This document shows, one piece after another, positions 51,021 through 63,039 of a stretch of 64,000 nt of DNA. Position 1 is the stretch's first letter. Each line of letters opens with the position of its first letter. Source of the DNA: Octopus sinensis (lineage: Eukaryota); contig NC_043014.1 in assembly GCF_006345805.1 (NCBI RefSeq), positions 18,848,001 through 18,912,000 on the forward strand, given 5' to 3'. The notes under the pieces are model-generated. The model made no database searches and had not been told where the DNA came from. It worked only from the letters and a program-made list of their open reading frames with translations. The translations under genes were made by a program, and so were the position numbers.

Positions 51021-53874
51021 GGGACAAGAACGCAAAACATCTAGACATACTATACAAAGAAAACAAGGACGGGTCATTCGGAGATTTCATTCCTCAGTCG
51101 AGTTCCAGATTATCTTTGCAATTTCGGCTGGTTATACTCGAGATTGCTCCAATCTGGCCAGCCCCAAAGGAAAAACTAAGCTAAGCGCACTAGATTCCTT
51201 GGAAGAAAGCAGCGAATGTATACGAAAACAAGGATGGAAAAACGGAGAAATGGTACTCAAATTCAAATAACAGGACATTAACAACTGGTGTTTTTTCGAC
51301 TAGGGACGAATTAGATTAAGCTGGCGTATGTGGAAGTAAAGCCTTACGGCAGGGACATGAGATTTGACAGGCACAGGAGGAATATAGATGTTGCACGAAT
51401 GGTAATCGAACTAAGAAATAAAGGTCAGGCTTAGCTAAACACCGGTCACGTGGAGAGATAAGAGAGAGAGGTAGAGGCAGAATTTATGTATGTGTTTCCG
51501 GGTCTCTGTGTGTGTTTAGGTCTATATAGTTGTTGTGTGTGTGCGTGTGCGTGTATGTGTCTGTGTTTGTGTGTATGTGCGTGCGTTCGTGTATGCCTGT
51601 CTACCTGAATGTGCGCGCGTGTGTGTGTATACATGTGTATCTATGTATGTAGGTGTCATTATGTTTAAATAAGCACCATAGAAGTGATATGGGAACATTA
51701 AATGGAAGCCATCAAATAAGTAAATATACGAATATCTATATAATGCGTATGTGCTAAAATATCCACAATCTCCAAGTGAACATCACATGTAGCAGGAACT
51801 GTTCTGGTAATCAAGGCCAAATATCATCTCAGAACTTCCACACATAACTTCTAGCAATGTATTCATAACAGACCCAGTCATCCTTACTATAATCACCATT
51901 CTTGCACTCCAACATGTTTTTCTTTTTACAACATTCAGGATTACCATCTCTGTTTTCCCTTATCGCTACGTATGGCAACTAATAAACTTTACCAGATTTT
52001 TGGTCTGAGCATAAGGGATGTCTTCATTGTCTACAGTCTTTTCTGCAATATTAATTTACTTGCCACAGACAATCACAGGCTCACAAACTCTATCACATAC
52101 ACAAACTTTCACACCGGAAAAGAAAAACGGTGAAGTGACCTTCGCTAGCGAGTGGAGTATTACACCAGACCAGCTTTCGAAAAGAATGTAGTTTAAAAAT
52201 GTCCAAATTCCTAGTGTTAGTGACATCACTGTTTTGTAAGAGCGATACCTAGCTCGCATGTTGTTGCAATGAATCAGGATAATTTAACTAAAACTAGCAC
52301 CTCTGTAATCTAGAAACGCAGTTAAAGGTAAATTCAAACTCGTCATGATTCGATACCATTTATCAAGAAACGTAACTTTACACGACAAATCATTTCAGCC
52401 GGCCGTCTTATCAATTCCGACAAACTACCACCCTTCCAGTAGTAGTAGTAGTAGTAGTAATAGTAAGAAAAAATTGTAATGTTGCCAAGATTCTGGTGCA
52501 AGGAAATCAAAATATCAATTCTCAGTGATCTTACATTGCTATTAATTACCGATACTATAATTTTAAGTAACTAACTCGGCGAAACGTAGATATAATCCCT
52601 AAAACCAAACACCTGTTACAAACATGAAAATAACTACATTTTTTTAAAATTACATTGTTATGGAAAAAAACCCGAACCCATTGCAAATGGTTGTATTGGA
52701 CACGCTTGCATGTGCAGAGCTTTACAAGAAGATTGCTTTTGAATACCTTCCATTCCAAAAATTACGGAAGGTAAAATCATATATTTCTAACGTGCGTGTA
52801 ATACATGCACAGACACACACACACACGCGTACATATATATTTATATATATATATGCATTTATATATATCTACACACACATGTATAAACACACACACAAAC
52901 AAATCCACACACATATAACTTACTTTCTTTTATAATTTATATATACTCACATAAAAAACCTTGTATATGATTGTGTGTGATTGTGCTCGTAGTCACATGA
53001 GTGTGTTTGTGTATGTATGCATGTTTTAAGTGAGCAAAGAGATATTTCCGACTACAAGTTTAAGAATCATAACAAAAGAAAATATATATTACACCAACTG
53101 AAGTGTGGCTGTTTATTTAACACCTGCACGTTTAACATTATTACATTACATGATCCAAACTTACATACACGCATGATGTACTCACATGAAGACTCACAGG
53201 TACATCCTTACGCACACGTACACATACACACACATAAATACACTCACACATGGAGACACATATGCTGATAACGTATATAGAAGTTTCATACGCGCACAAA
53301 CAGAATTATACAAATACACACAGCATGCACAATATACAAACATAAACACAATTCCATACATATTCTTGAATATAAGCATGGAAATCAAAGCTTATACATA
53401 TTGAGACGTATAGAGTAAGAAACCTATACATGCATTCACGCACATATACATACTTACATGCGTATATATATATAATGTACATACACACACACATTTTCAC
53501 ATGCGCGCACACATGCACACAAATATATATATATATATATATACATACGTGTGTATATAAGTATGTATGTAAGTACATGTATATTTACACACATAAAAGT
53601 ATACTTGCACATCAATGCATGATATTGAAGTTGTTCAATATTAAAGTTGTTAACTTATGAGGAAAATGGGGAAAAAGAAAAGAAAAAAGTGCCAAAAACG
53701 AAAACAGAAAAAAGAGTAAACTAACTACAAAAACAAACAAACAAATACATAAAATTAATATCAAATTTACATGAATAGGTTTTGACTCTATTAATACTAA
53801 CATATTTCTTCAAACTACCTTTTAAATGTATAATAATGTTCTCCCCCACCCCCCAAAAAACAGCATCACAGAAA

Positions 53875-53937
<63 letters not shown>

Positions 53938-53941
53938 CATT

Positions 53942-53976
<35 letters not shown>

Positions 53977-54012
53977 TAACAACATCAACAACAACAACAC
54001 TAATAATAATAA
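53875..54012. repeat. (TTA)n followed by (TAA)n, a self-complementary microsatellite
   Basis: Directly visible strand switch near 53943. Confidence 0.9.
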
Positions 54013-54150
54013 TCTCCATATTCTTAGGGCTAGGGCTCTTTCATACATAATATTAAATGCGTTCCTTATAACTTACGAGGAGAGCGGGGGTGAATACAGT
54101 AAATATAGTTATTTAAAAGGATAGGAAGGCTAAGTGGTCTCACTATATAT

Positions 54151-54196
<46 letters not shown>

Positions 54197-54212
54197 TACT
54201 TGAAAGAAGACG

Positions 54213-54270
54213 CGTGGCGTTCAATCATATAATAACAATTTAATAAATAAAACATGCATACATACATACA

Positions 54271-54303
<33 letters not shown>

Positions 54304-54495
54304 GTACATACCTACATCTATATGTATATATACATGCATATATGAGTACAGGACACCACAAAAAAACGTAGAACACAAGAAACGAAAACATAAAATCAAA
54401 CAAGGAAACGGGCTTTTTTAACAACGAAAATACAGAGTACAAGACAAACAACACAAGGAACATTCCCCTTCTTCAGCTGCCCCTGTTTCGACTCA
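54213..54495. repeat. Interspersed repeat family D, inverted relative to 13590 and 58140
   Basis: aaacttacttgaaagaagacgcgtggcgttcaatcatat..gtacaggacaccac..ttccccttcttcagctgcccctgtttcgactc. Confidence 0.7.
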
Positions 54496-54809
54496 TTGCG
54501 TACAGAAAGCTATTTTACTGCACACGAGAAGAAATATAGGAAAAATAGAAGTTGAAAATGCACTATTTTTTTAAATATTTAACGATTTAACCAATTTCAC
54601 AGTTTACACGCATTTTCAAAAATTTGAAATGGAAAGACGTGGCTTATATCGCAGCTGTCTTACTTCTGACTAGTGTTTGAAGCTTGTCCTGTTTTTATAG
54701 AGTTCATGGCTCAAGTTAGTATGTTTTAAATAGGGTTTCAGTGGTAGAGGATAAGCACATGACTGGCCTTAGAAACTTTTGTACAATTTTTGTACACACA
54801 CACACACAC

Positions 54810-54846
<37 letters not shown>

Positions 54847-54954
54847 ATGGACCAGCACACACGGCCTAGATGATAAAAAACAAGTCAATGTTATGGTCAT
54901 GGAATGTATCTATCTGAGCAATTCTCATCCACCATTCAACTTTAAAATATTAAT

Positions 54955-55240
54955 TTCAAATTTTGGCAGAAGGCCAGCAATATCAAGGGAGTGGGTAATT
55001 TGATTACATTGATCCCAGTCGTCTACTGTTACTTATGCTATCGAGCCGAGCTGATGAAAGGCAAAGTCGACCTTGGTGGAATTCGAACTCAGAATGTAAA
55101 GAAGGAAACGCCAATATATTTCTCAAAGATAGGGAAATAATGATAATAACGATGGTTCCAAATTCTGGCACAAGGCCAGCATGTTTAGGGTTTCGGGTAT
55201 GTCGATTATGCCGACCCCAGTGCTCAGTATTGTGTTCATC
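54955..55240 (-). mobile_element. Two partial SINE family C copies
   Basis: ttttggcagaaggccagc..gatgaaaggcaaagtcgaccttggtggaattcgaactcag, and a second ttctggcacaaggccagc..gaccccagtgctcag. Confidence 0.7.
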
Positions 55241-56813
55241 ATTCATAAACAAACCTTATTCGGGGACCTTTTGAACATTCTGTTTTATGAATGAAGTACT
55301 CCGTATCGGACACCCGAATGATATTTGATCACTTTATAGAGCGATTGAGTGTCGGTTTGGTGTCTGGAACGCGATAGCTCACCTCATGGGCAGGTATAAA
55401 CTCTATAACCTTGGTTGGTATCTACCTCGGAGAAGGAAATCTCCAAAATAAAACTTGAGGCCTTGGAAGTTACTGGTTTTGTTAATTTTCATGTCATACC
55501 TATGAAAATTATTCTTCTGCACAGGTACTTCTTGTACACAAATTCTTAGTAAAATCATTGAATTTTTCTTTCATTTGCCTCAGCTTCTGCCCTTCTTACC
55601 TGCAAACCATGTCGTACTGTGTTAGCAATTCTGTCTACAGACCTGTCCGAGCCTCTGCTTTCACAATTATTCAAACTGTTCCAGTCTGCCTGCTGATATA
55701 GTAATATAAATGTGTATGGGGATGAGGTGGGATGGGTTATGTATTTGTATAACAAGCTGATGCTTGCGGTATTGATCATCCGGAATATTTAAAGTGAGAA
55801 ACAACTTTCAAATATATCAACAAAAATTTCAGACACATCGGAATATTAAAGCCAACAGTACGCAACCATATGAGTGTTTGTAAAAAGAAAGCGTTAGAAA
55901 ATACATCATACATTGTTCTAAGCGTGGAACAGTGGCATTTTAATCTACATTTTATCAGATATTTTGATTCCATCGGTATCATACGTATAAAACACACATC
56001 AGCAAAGGAAACTGCTACTGCTATATATCATTAGACCCACTGTATATTTGACTGTCTTTGTTTTGTTTAAAAATTCTAAAATATTGAGCAACTTATTGAT
56101 TATCAAAAAAAAACGTTTTATTTTGGCAGCATTTTTAAAAGCTAGTATAGATGCATTATTGTAAATCTTAAATGAATATAATTGACATTGAAGATTTCCA
56201 GCAGAGATAGTACGGCTGTAAAAGCAAAAATGATAAAAAATAAAGACATACAATTATGTTTTTATCATAATGATAATCAATTCTGCCAGCCTCCCTGCGA
56301 TAGATATTCATATGTGCTTATAGAAATGCTATTGTCTAGAACGTGTGCTATGCGACAATTCCTGCTTGTGTGTATTTATGTGTGTGAGCATATATTAATG
56401 ATGTTACTATTCATACTTTCTTTTCCTTTGACCTATTTTTTACATATTAACCAATCCATGCATCCAACTCTCTCTCTCTTTCTTTTTCATACAAATAATG
56501 CACACATGCGCGCGCAAGCATACATTTATACGTATATATTGTTTTTGTTTTGAGAATATATTGTTTATGCATGAGAACAAGAAAAATGCATCTTATTTCA
56601 ATACAGGCTGATGTGGTGCATATGCAGAATATAGATATATGTAAGCATAATCATGTATTACATTAAAATAAATGATTCGTTATAGAACTTTAGCACTGTA
56701 AGACCTTTTCCATGAAGTAATTTGAAAAGTTTCTGTAAAGCGTAACTTATGTCTGTCAGTGACGAATTACAATTATATCAATGTAATACATAATAATACT
56801 AACATAAGCATTA

Positions 56814-56859
<46 letters not shown>

Positions 56860-56924
56860 ATTAACAGAATGTGATAAAAATCCAAGGCTGTGAAAGATTT
56901 TGGAACATATATAAAGAGAAGTTC

Positions 56925-56969
56925 TTACAGCTGTTTCCGGCGTATTCTATATATCCTTTCGTCGGAGGC
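56925..56969 (-). ncRNA. Decayed hammerhead motif in the left arm
   Basis: Minus strand: gcct CCGACGA aaggatatatagaatacgccg GAAAC AGCT GTA agaa. The core U4 is changed to C. Confidence 0.5.
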
Positions 56970-57322
56970 GGTGTGAGAAAATTGTTAAGCAATAGTTATT
57001 CTAGAGAAGAAATGAACTAGAGAGTAAAGTGGAGGAATGATAACAGACGTGATATATGCAGGGATATTGTATCTGCTGTTCCAATAGTATTTTATTTTAA
57101 ATAACTTAAAAAAGAATCCTCGATTCAATAACACCGTTTACAAACTCTATGCTTGGAATGACTAATTTTAAATACTGTTAGAATTTACACACAAGATACA
57201 GGAAATAATGGAACAGCAGATACAATATCCTTGCCTATCTCACGTCTGTTATCATTCCTCCATTTCACTCTCAATTTCATTTCTTCTCTAGAATAACTAT
57301 TGCTTAACAATTTTCTCACACC

Positions 57323-57370
57323 GTCTCTGATGAAGGAATATATACAATATGCCGGAAACAGCTGTAAGAC
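57323..57370 (+). ncRNA. Minimal type-I hammerhead ribozyme motif, canonical core
   Basis: GTCT [I] CTGATGA aGGaATAT-ataca-ATATgCCg [II, two mismatches] GAAAC-AGCT-GTA [palindromic loop; GUA site] AGAC [I]. Confidence 0.75.
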
Positions 57371-57592
57371 ATTTTCTTTATGATTGTCTGAAATCTTTCA
57401 CAGCCTTGGATTTTTATCTCATTCTGTTAATTTTTTATATATACTCATGCTGGTATATGACCTACGTTGGACTCCTCATTCGCATAGTCACCGAACCTGG
57501 AGCTTAACTATAGTCTGTCCCTAGCACTTACTCACCATTACCTTACACCTTATATGATATATATACATGTCTAAATATGTATGTGTGTGTGT

Positions 57593-58446
57593 TCTCCTCC
57601 AAGTAAGTTTTGTTATTTATAATTGTGACGCGAAAGTCTACAACTCTTTGCTTGACCTTCCCTTCCTTCCCCATCTCCCCCTCTCTCTCACTCTTCCGCA
57701 TCTCTCTCTCACAGCCACTTGTCATCCTCTATCTCTCTCTCTCTCTCTCACTCCTCCTCATCTCTTTCACAGCCGGGCGAGTTGCTTCCTTTCGCCGCTG
57801 GCATTATAACAGTGAACACTGTTCTTCTAGCGCTCTTAGAATCTTTCCTCGTGTAGGCCAGCATTAAGGCCCTCATTGTCTGTTTTTTTTGTTTGTTTTA
57901 TTTCTTGTACTGTATTTTTCGTACTTGTAATTTTATTCTGTATTTTTATTTTTTGTATTTTTATTTGTATTTTATTTTGTAATTTTATTTGTATCGTTTT
58001 TACGTCCTGGTTTTGTCACATGTTTAACTTTCCTTGTTTTTACCCCTCTGCGAAGTAATTTTATTTAATTCCTTCGCAGGAAGGATTAGTTCCACGAGTC
58101 GTGTTCTGTCCTCACCTTCGAAACACACTGGAGTTGAACTAGGGACAGCTGATGAAGAGGATTTTTCCTTCTGTAGTTTGTCTGGTACTCTGTTTTTTCC
58201 GTTTAGGTCCGTTTCCACGTTTGTTTTTACGTTTTCGTTTCTCGTTGAGTTCTACGTCTATTTGTGGTGTCCTGTACTCACGTATATATATTTATATATG
58301 CATGTATATATACATGTAGATGTAGGTACGTACATATATGTATGTATGCATGTATTTTATTTATTACACTATTGTATGACTGAGCGCCCTCGCGTCGATT
58401 CGATTCGCTTCGTTTCGTTTCATCTCCTCCAAGTAAGTTTTGTTAT
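57593..58446. repeat. Family D element bounded by a 24-bp direct repeat
   Basis: tctcctccaagtaagttttgttat at 57593-57616 and 58423-58446. 58140-58400 is homologous to 13600-13850. Confidence 0.6.
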
Positions 58447-58471
58447 ATATATATATATATATATAATATAT

Positions 58472-58522
<51 letters not shown>

Positions 58523-59559
58523 ATGTATGCATGTATGTATGTATGTATGTATGTATGTATGTATGTATGTATGTATGTATATATGTATGTATGTGTGTAT
58601 GTATGTACACATGTATCGGCTTTCGAAAAACGTGAAATCGTGAAATCATGTGTTGAAATAGATATTGTTATACTTAGGCATGGTCATATTTTGGCAATTA
58701 AACATATATACTATAGATTTGATCATCACTTCAACTTTATTATTATTTCAGTCTTTTCATTTGTCAAATTTCTTTCAGCTCACCTCCCAAGTGGGGTAGA
58801 GAATCGTTGAAGTGGTTGCAGGATGTGTGACGAAAGATCTTTGGCAAATAATCTAAAATAATGATAATAAAGCTGAAGTGAAGACCAAATATATAGTATG
58901 TGCACTTAATTGGCAACATATGGCCCTCCCCAAGTATAACTATATATATGCAGGCGCGCGTGCGTATGTTGGTGTCTGTTCGTTTGTGAATTTGTGCATA
59001 ACTTGCAGAATATCATAGATATACATGTTACTCAAAACTCAACAAGCCTGAATATTATCGATGTTCATTCCCTAGAACCCACCGAGATACATCTTTCTCC
59101 TCTGTCAGAGAGTTTCTTTCCGCGCGTGGTAAGTTTGCATGAACAATTTTATGGACTGAAACCGCAAAAATTGCTCATAAATATATAGACATTCCTTATA
59201 GCATTTTGTTAGTTCCATTTGTAATATTTTACGGATTATTTATTTATTTACAAATGTTTTCGATTTCTAAATAATTTGGGGTCGCTGACTTAACGCCATC
59301 CTTTTTTCTGTAGGGACTAAAATCATTCCAGGAATAACATTCCAAGAGTAAAAGCAACGCAAGAAATAACACATCCCGAGAATAACGACTCCTGAAAATA
59401 AGGTATTGACTGGGAAAAAGCTACATCTATACTCCAATATAAATGACTTTAGTATATCATTACGAATGATATTTCGCAGCCAAGTATACTGTACCACCAG
59501 GACTAATGCATACGTATTTATACCAAGTCAATAAAAGACAACACAGGTTAACTCCAAGC

Positions 59560-59935
59560 TAACTACAATGCATTACAAGAAATAACATATACATATCTAT
59601 ATATGTGCCAAGACAGTAACATATCAGAGTCAGAGTCTCTAACTCTACCTAAGTACAATGAATCAACAGCAATAATATGTATTTACCTAGAAAATAACCT
59701 ATTTTCCACACGAAAAAAATCACTCACCACCGAGTACAATGAAACGCTGCAAATGATATCTTCATATCCGAAAACTATAACGCATCATTGAAGATAACGT
59801 GCTACAAAGTACTATGCTGTTACAGAAATAACGCATATACATGTATCTAAACACTAACACCTACACATACATAATAACTTGCTGCCAAGTACAATGAAAT
59901 ACTAGAAATAACCCATCCAAATGTGCCAAGAATCT
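59560..59935. repeat. Degenerate minisatellite of about 80 bp, around 5 units
   Basis: Recurring (a/g)agtacaatg..agaaataac near 59562, 59648, 59731, 59803 and 59885. Confidence 0.5.
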
Positions 59936-60112
59936 CATGGATATCATTGTATGAACATCTGTTATTGGCGTTGTTTTCCTTCCATTTCAAAACACACAGT
60001 AAAAACGAAAGATATCATTAGATCACCATCAACATACATAGATATATGAATATATTTATGTATATAGACTTCTATACGTAAATATACATACATTATATAT
60101 ATAGATACATAT

Positions 60113-60148
<36 letters not shown>

Positions 60149-60663
60149 CGTGTGTGTGTGTATGTGTGTGTGTTTATTTATACATGTACTTCTAACTAGC
60201 TATTGTAAATCAATGGATGATGCATTAGTAACATAATGACTCGGTCTAAAACAACAGCGAGAACACAAGCAACCACAGCAAAACTATTACTACCATTTGC
60301 AACAGCATCACCAACAGCAGCACCATCTATTATAACACTACCAATATCAATAACAACTACGCCTAGGACAGCAGCTTCAGCAACAGCAGCAGGGTCAACA
60401 CCAACATTATCAAGATCTCCAAAAATAGAAACGGTAATATCAACATTAATATAAAATTTATTGCTTTTAGCATCAACATCTTAGTATCTGTGTAGCACAG
60501 TTGGTTTGTGTTGACGAAGTAAGACTTCCTGAATAATCCTCAGAAATTTGTAGAATATAAAAATTAAAATAAAATTGTAGTTATTATAAATAGAGTTATA
60601 ATTAAAATTTTGAAGAAAAGCAAAGAACAAAAAAAAAACAACAACAAAAGCATTTCAAAAACG

Positions 60664-61699
60664 ATGTTGCCAAAACAAGAACATGATATTGTGACCAATT
60701 GCTCTCCACACCGTTATGAGTTACAACAACAACAACAACAAGAACAGCAACAGCAAAAGCAGCAGCAACAACATCCACAACAACCGCAACAGCAACAACA
60801 GCAACAGCAGCAGCAGCAGCCACAGCAACAACAACAACCACATCATCTTCTCCATCATCAACATCATCTTCTTCAGCATCATCATCTTCATCAGCAGACA
60901 CAGCAGCCACAGTATCAGCTTCAAAAGCAGAAGCAACAACCGGAGCAAAATGATGAACAGATGATCACCAGAAACTCTCCATTAAACTTGCGTTCCTCTC
61001 CTCTAAATCTAAGGCAGCTACAATTACCACAAGAGCATCATTTGCAGCTACAACCGCAGCAGCATCCTCTTCATCAACAACAGCAATATAATCAACAAGC
61101 ACCACCTCAATCACCAAAATCACCAAAATCGCCAAAATCTCCAAAGTCACCAATATCGCCCAAATCTCCAAAATCACCCAACTCACCCCATTCACCACAA
61201 CAACAACAACAGCAGCAACAACAACATCAATTGCAGCCTCAACAACACCCTTCACAGATTCCGCCACAACCTCAACAAAATAAGTCGCCCCCACACCAGC
61301 AACAACATCAATTACAACTACAAGAACAACACAGGAAATCACCGCAACAACACCAGCAACAACATCAATTACAACTACAAGAACAACACAGGAAATCACC
61401 ACAACAACACCAGCAACAACAATCCCCACCAAACCAACCAAACCAACAACAACAACTTCAACAACAGCATCAACATCTACATCAAAAACCACCACTTCCT
61501 CGACAACAGCGCCCACAATTACAAGTTGAGCCTCAGCAATATTCCAGACAAGCTTTACAAATGCGCAACGAGATTCAAACAAAGGAAGTGTGTGCAGCGA
61601 AATTCTGTGTCAGAGACAATGGCATTACGTCTAAAGAATCGGAAATACAGAATCAGATAACAGGAGACAAAATTGAAAAGGAAGATATTCTAGTCCGAG
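60664..61699 (+). CDS. Putative first coding exon of a host gene with a Gln/His/Pro-rich low-complexity N-terminus and SPK repeats; product unknown
   Basis: ATG at 60664 with A at -3 and an in-frame upstream stop at 60565. Over 1 kb of open frame with mixed CAA/CAG codons, unlike the pure microsatellites elsewhere. Ends in non-repetitive ..EVCAAKFCVRDNG..KEDILVR then CGAG|GTACGT (phase-1 donor), after which microsatellite resumes. Confidence 0.7.
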
Positions 61700-61765
61700 G
61701 TACGTTCCATTCTTTATACATAGATGCACACACACACACCACACACACACACACATACACACACA

Positions 61766-61826
<61 letters not shown>

Positions 61827-61884
61827 CAAACATATGTATATTTGTGTATTATATACATACATATATACATATATATATTGATAG

Positions 61885-62097
61885 AAATATCAAGACAGCA
61901 AAAGAATGAAAGAGACCTCGATATTATGTAAATAGAGGAATTTATCTGTAAATATAATATGTGACAATTATTAGGTAGCCATGATAAAACTCCGAGTTTC
62001 GGATGTCGGGGCATCGGCTGATAACTGAAAAGATGCCGGCGTGGGTTTCGGCCCCGACATCCGAAATTCGAAGTTTTATCATGGCTAACAAATAATT
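61885..62097 (-). mobile_element. Short foldback element, same family as 8420-8648, opposite orientation
   Basis: Arms 61966-62012 and 62051-62097. The minus strand of the left arm keeps GAAAC-TCGGA-GTT, but the 5' core is unrecognisable. Confidence 0.7.
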
Positions 62098-63039
62098 GAA
62101 ACTAGAATCAATCAATCAATCAATCATATATATATATATATAACCAATGTTTATATCGAACAAGAAAATATTCAATACAGAATACAGAGTGTATTTATAT
62201 TACGTAGATGTTATATTCCTAGCCAAGAGTTTCATGAACTCTATGACAAGTGGTTATCACAAATCGAGAATATGCATACATGTTTGCATACTCGCATACA
62301 TATATGTGTATATAAGTATATGTGCGTGTATATGTACGTGTATGTTTGTGTGTGTGTAAATATATGTGCGTACGTGTGAGAGTGTAATAACACTTATATA
62401 AATATCTAATATTGATATTAATATTTGTAATCTTTAATTTTCGTTATTTGCCAATAACCAGAGATTCAACGTCTCTGAGACAGATGGCGATTGCAGATTC
62501 GAAATACTTACATGCCCACACGCGCGCTCGTGCACTGTGTATATATGTACACGTGTGCGTGCGTTCGTGCGTGCATCTGTGTGGGTATATACATATATAT
62601 AAATTTAAATAATAAGGGTGAAAAATTGAATATTAATTTGATTAATATCAATTTAAAACTAGTGGCCAGCATATTGAAAAGCCTGAAGATTCCGAAAAAT
62701 TATATTACATACATATAATTATATTACATACATATCCCACGTGTGCGCGTGTGTGCTTGTGTAAGTATGTGTGTTCTATATAGATCTACAGATGTACTTC
62801 TTGGGCATATTTTCAATAATGCATCATCGTCATTTGGTGTTTCGTGTCTTATCTCGAGTCACCTGACTGAAGTTGCTTATTGTTATACCCAGATATCCAC
62901 TGAATCTAAGTATACAAGACTGGTAATGTGTTCTAGTATTGTATCGATACATGCGTGTAAAACTTATATATACTTAGATAAGTTTCGCTAAGAACTGGCC
63001 CAGGATATGTCTAACTTAATAGTACCACATGGAAAAGAT

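Larger units (their letters stand above)
56858..57432 (+). mobile_element. Short PLE-type insertion: about 225-bp inverted terminal repeats around about 120 bp of unique sequence
   Basis: 56858-57084 is the reverse complement of 57207-57432 with scattered mismatches. Each arm carries a hammerhead motif. The left flank is a TA run. Confidence 0.82.

Noticed and set aside
51760-52260. Possible very decayed RTE reverse-transcriptase remnant on the minus strand
   Set aside because: Only one short motif (KHVGVQEW) is suggestive, which is too weak to call without a profile search.
55030-55085. CTGATGAAAGG in SINE C
   Set aside because: This is a chance variant of the SINE's gatgaaaggcaaagtcgac block, with no ribozyme architecture.
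58110-58170. GAAAC..CTGATGA as a type-II hammerhead (also at 13605 and 54460)
   Set aside because: Stems I and III cannot be formed. It is kept only as a remark under the family D finding.
60236-60454. Thr/Ala-rich 72-aa ORF upstream of the poly-Q exon
   Set aside because: It is low-complexity ACA/GCA sequence. It may be 5' UTR or a uORF, but nothing supports it as a gene.
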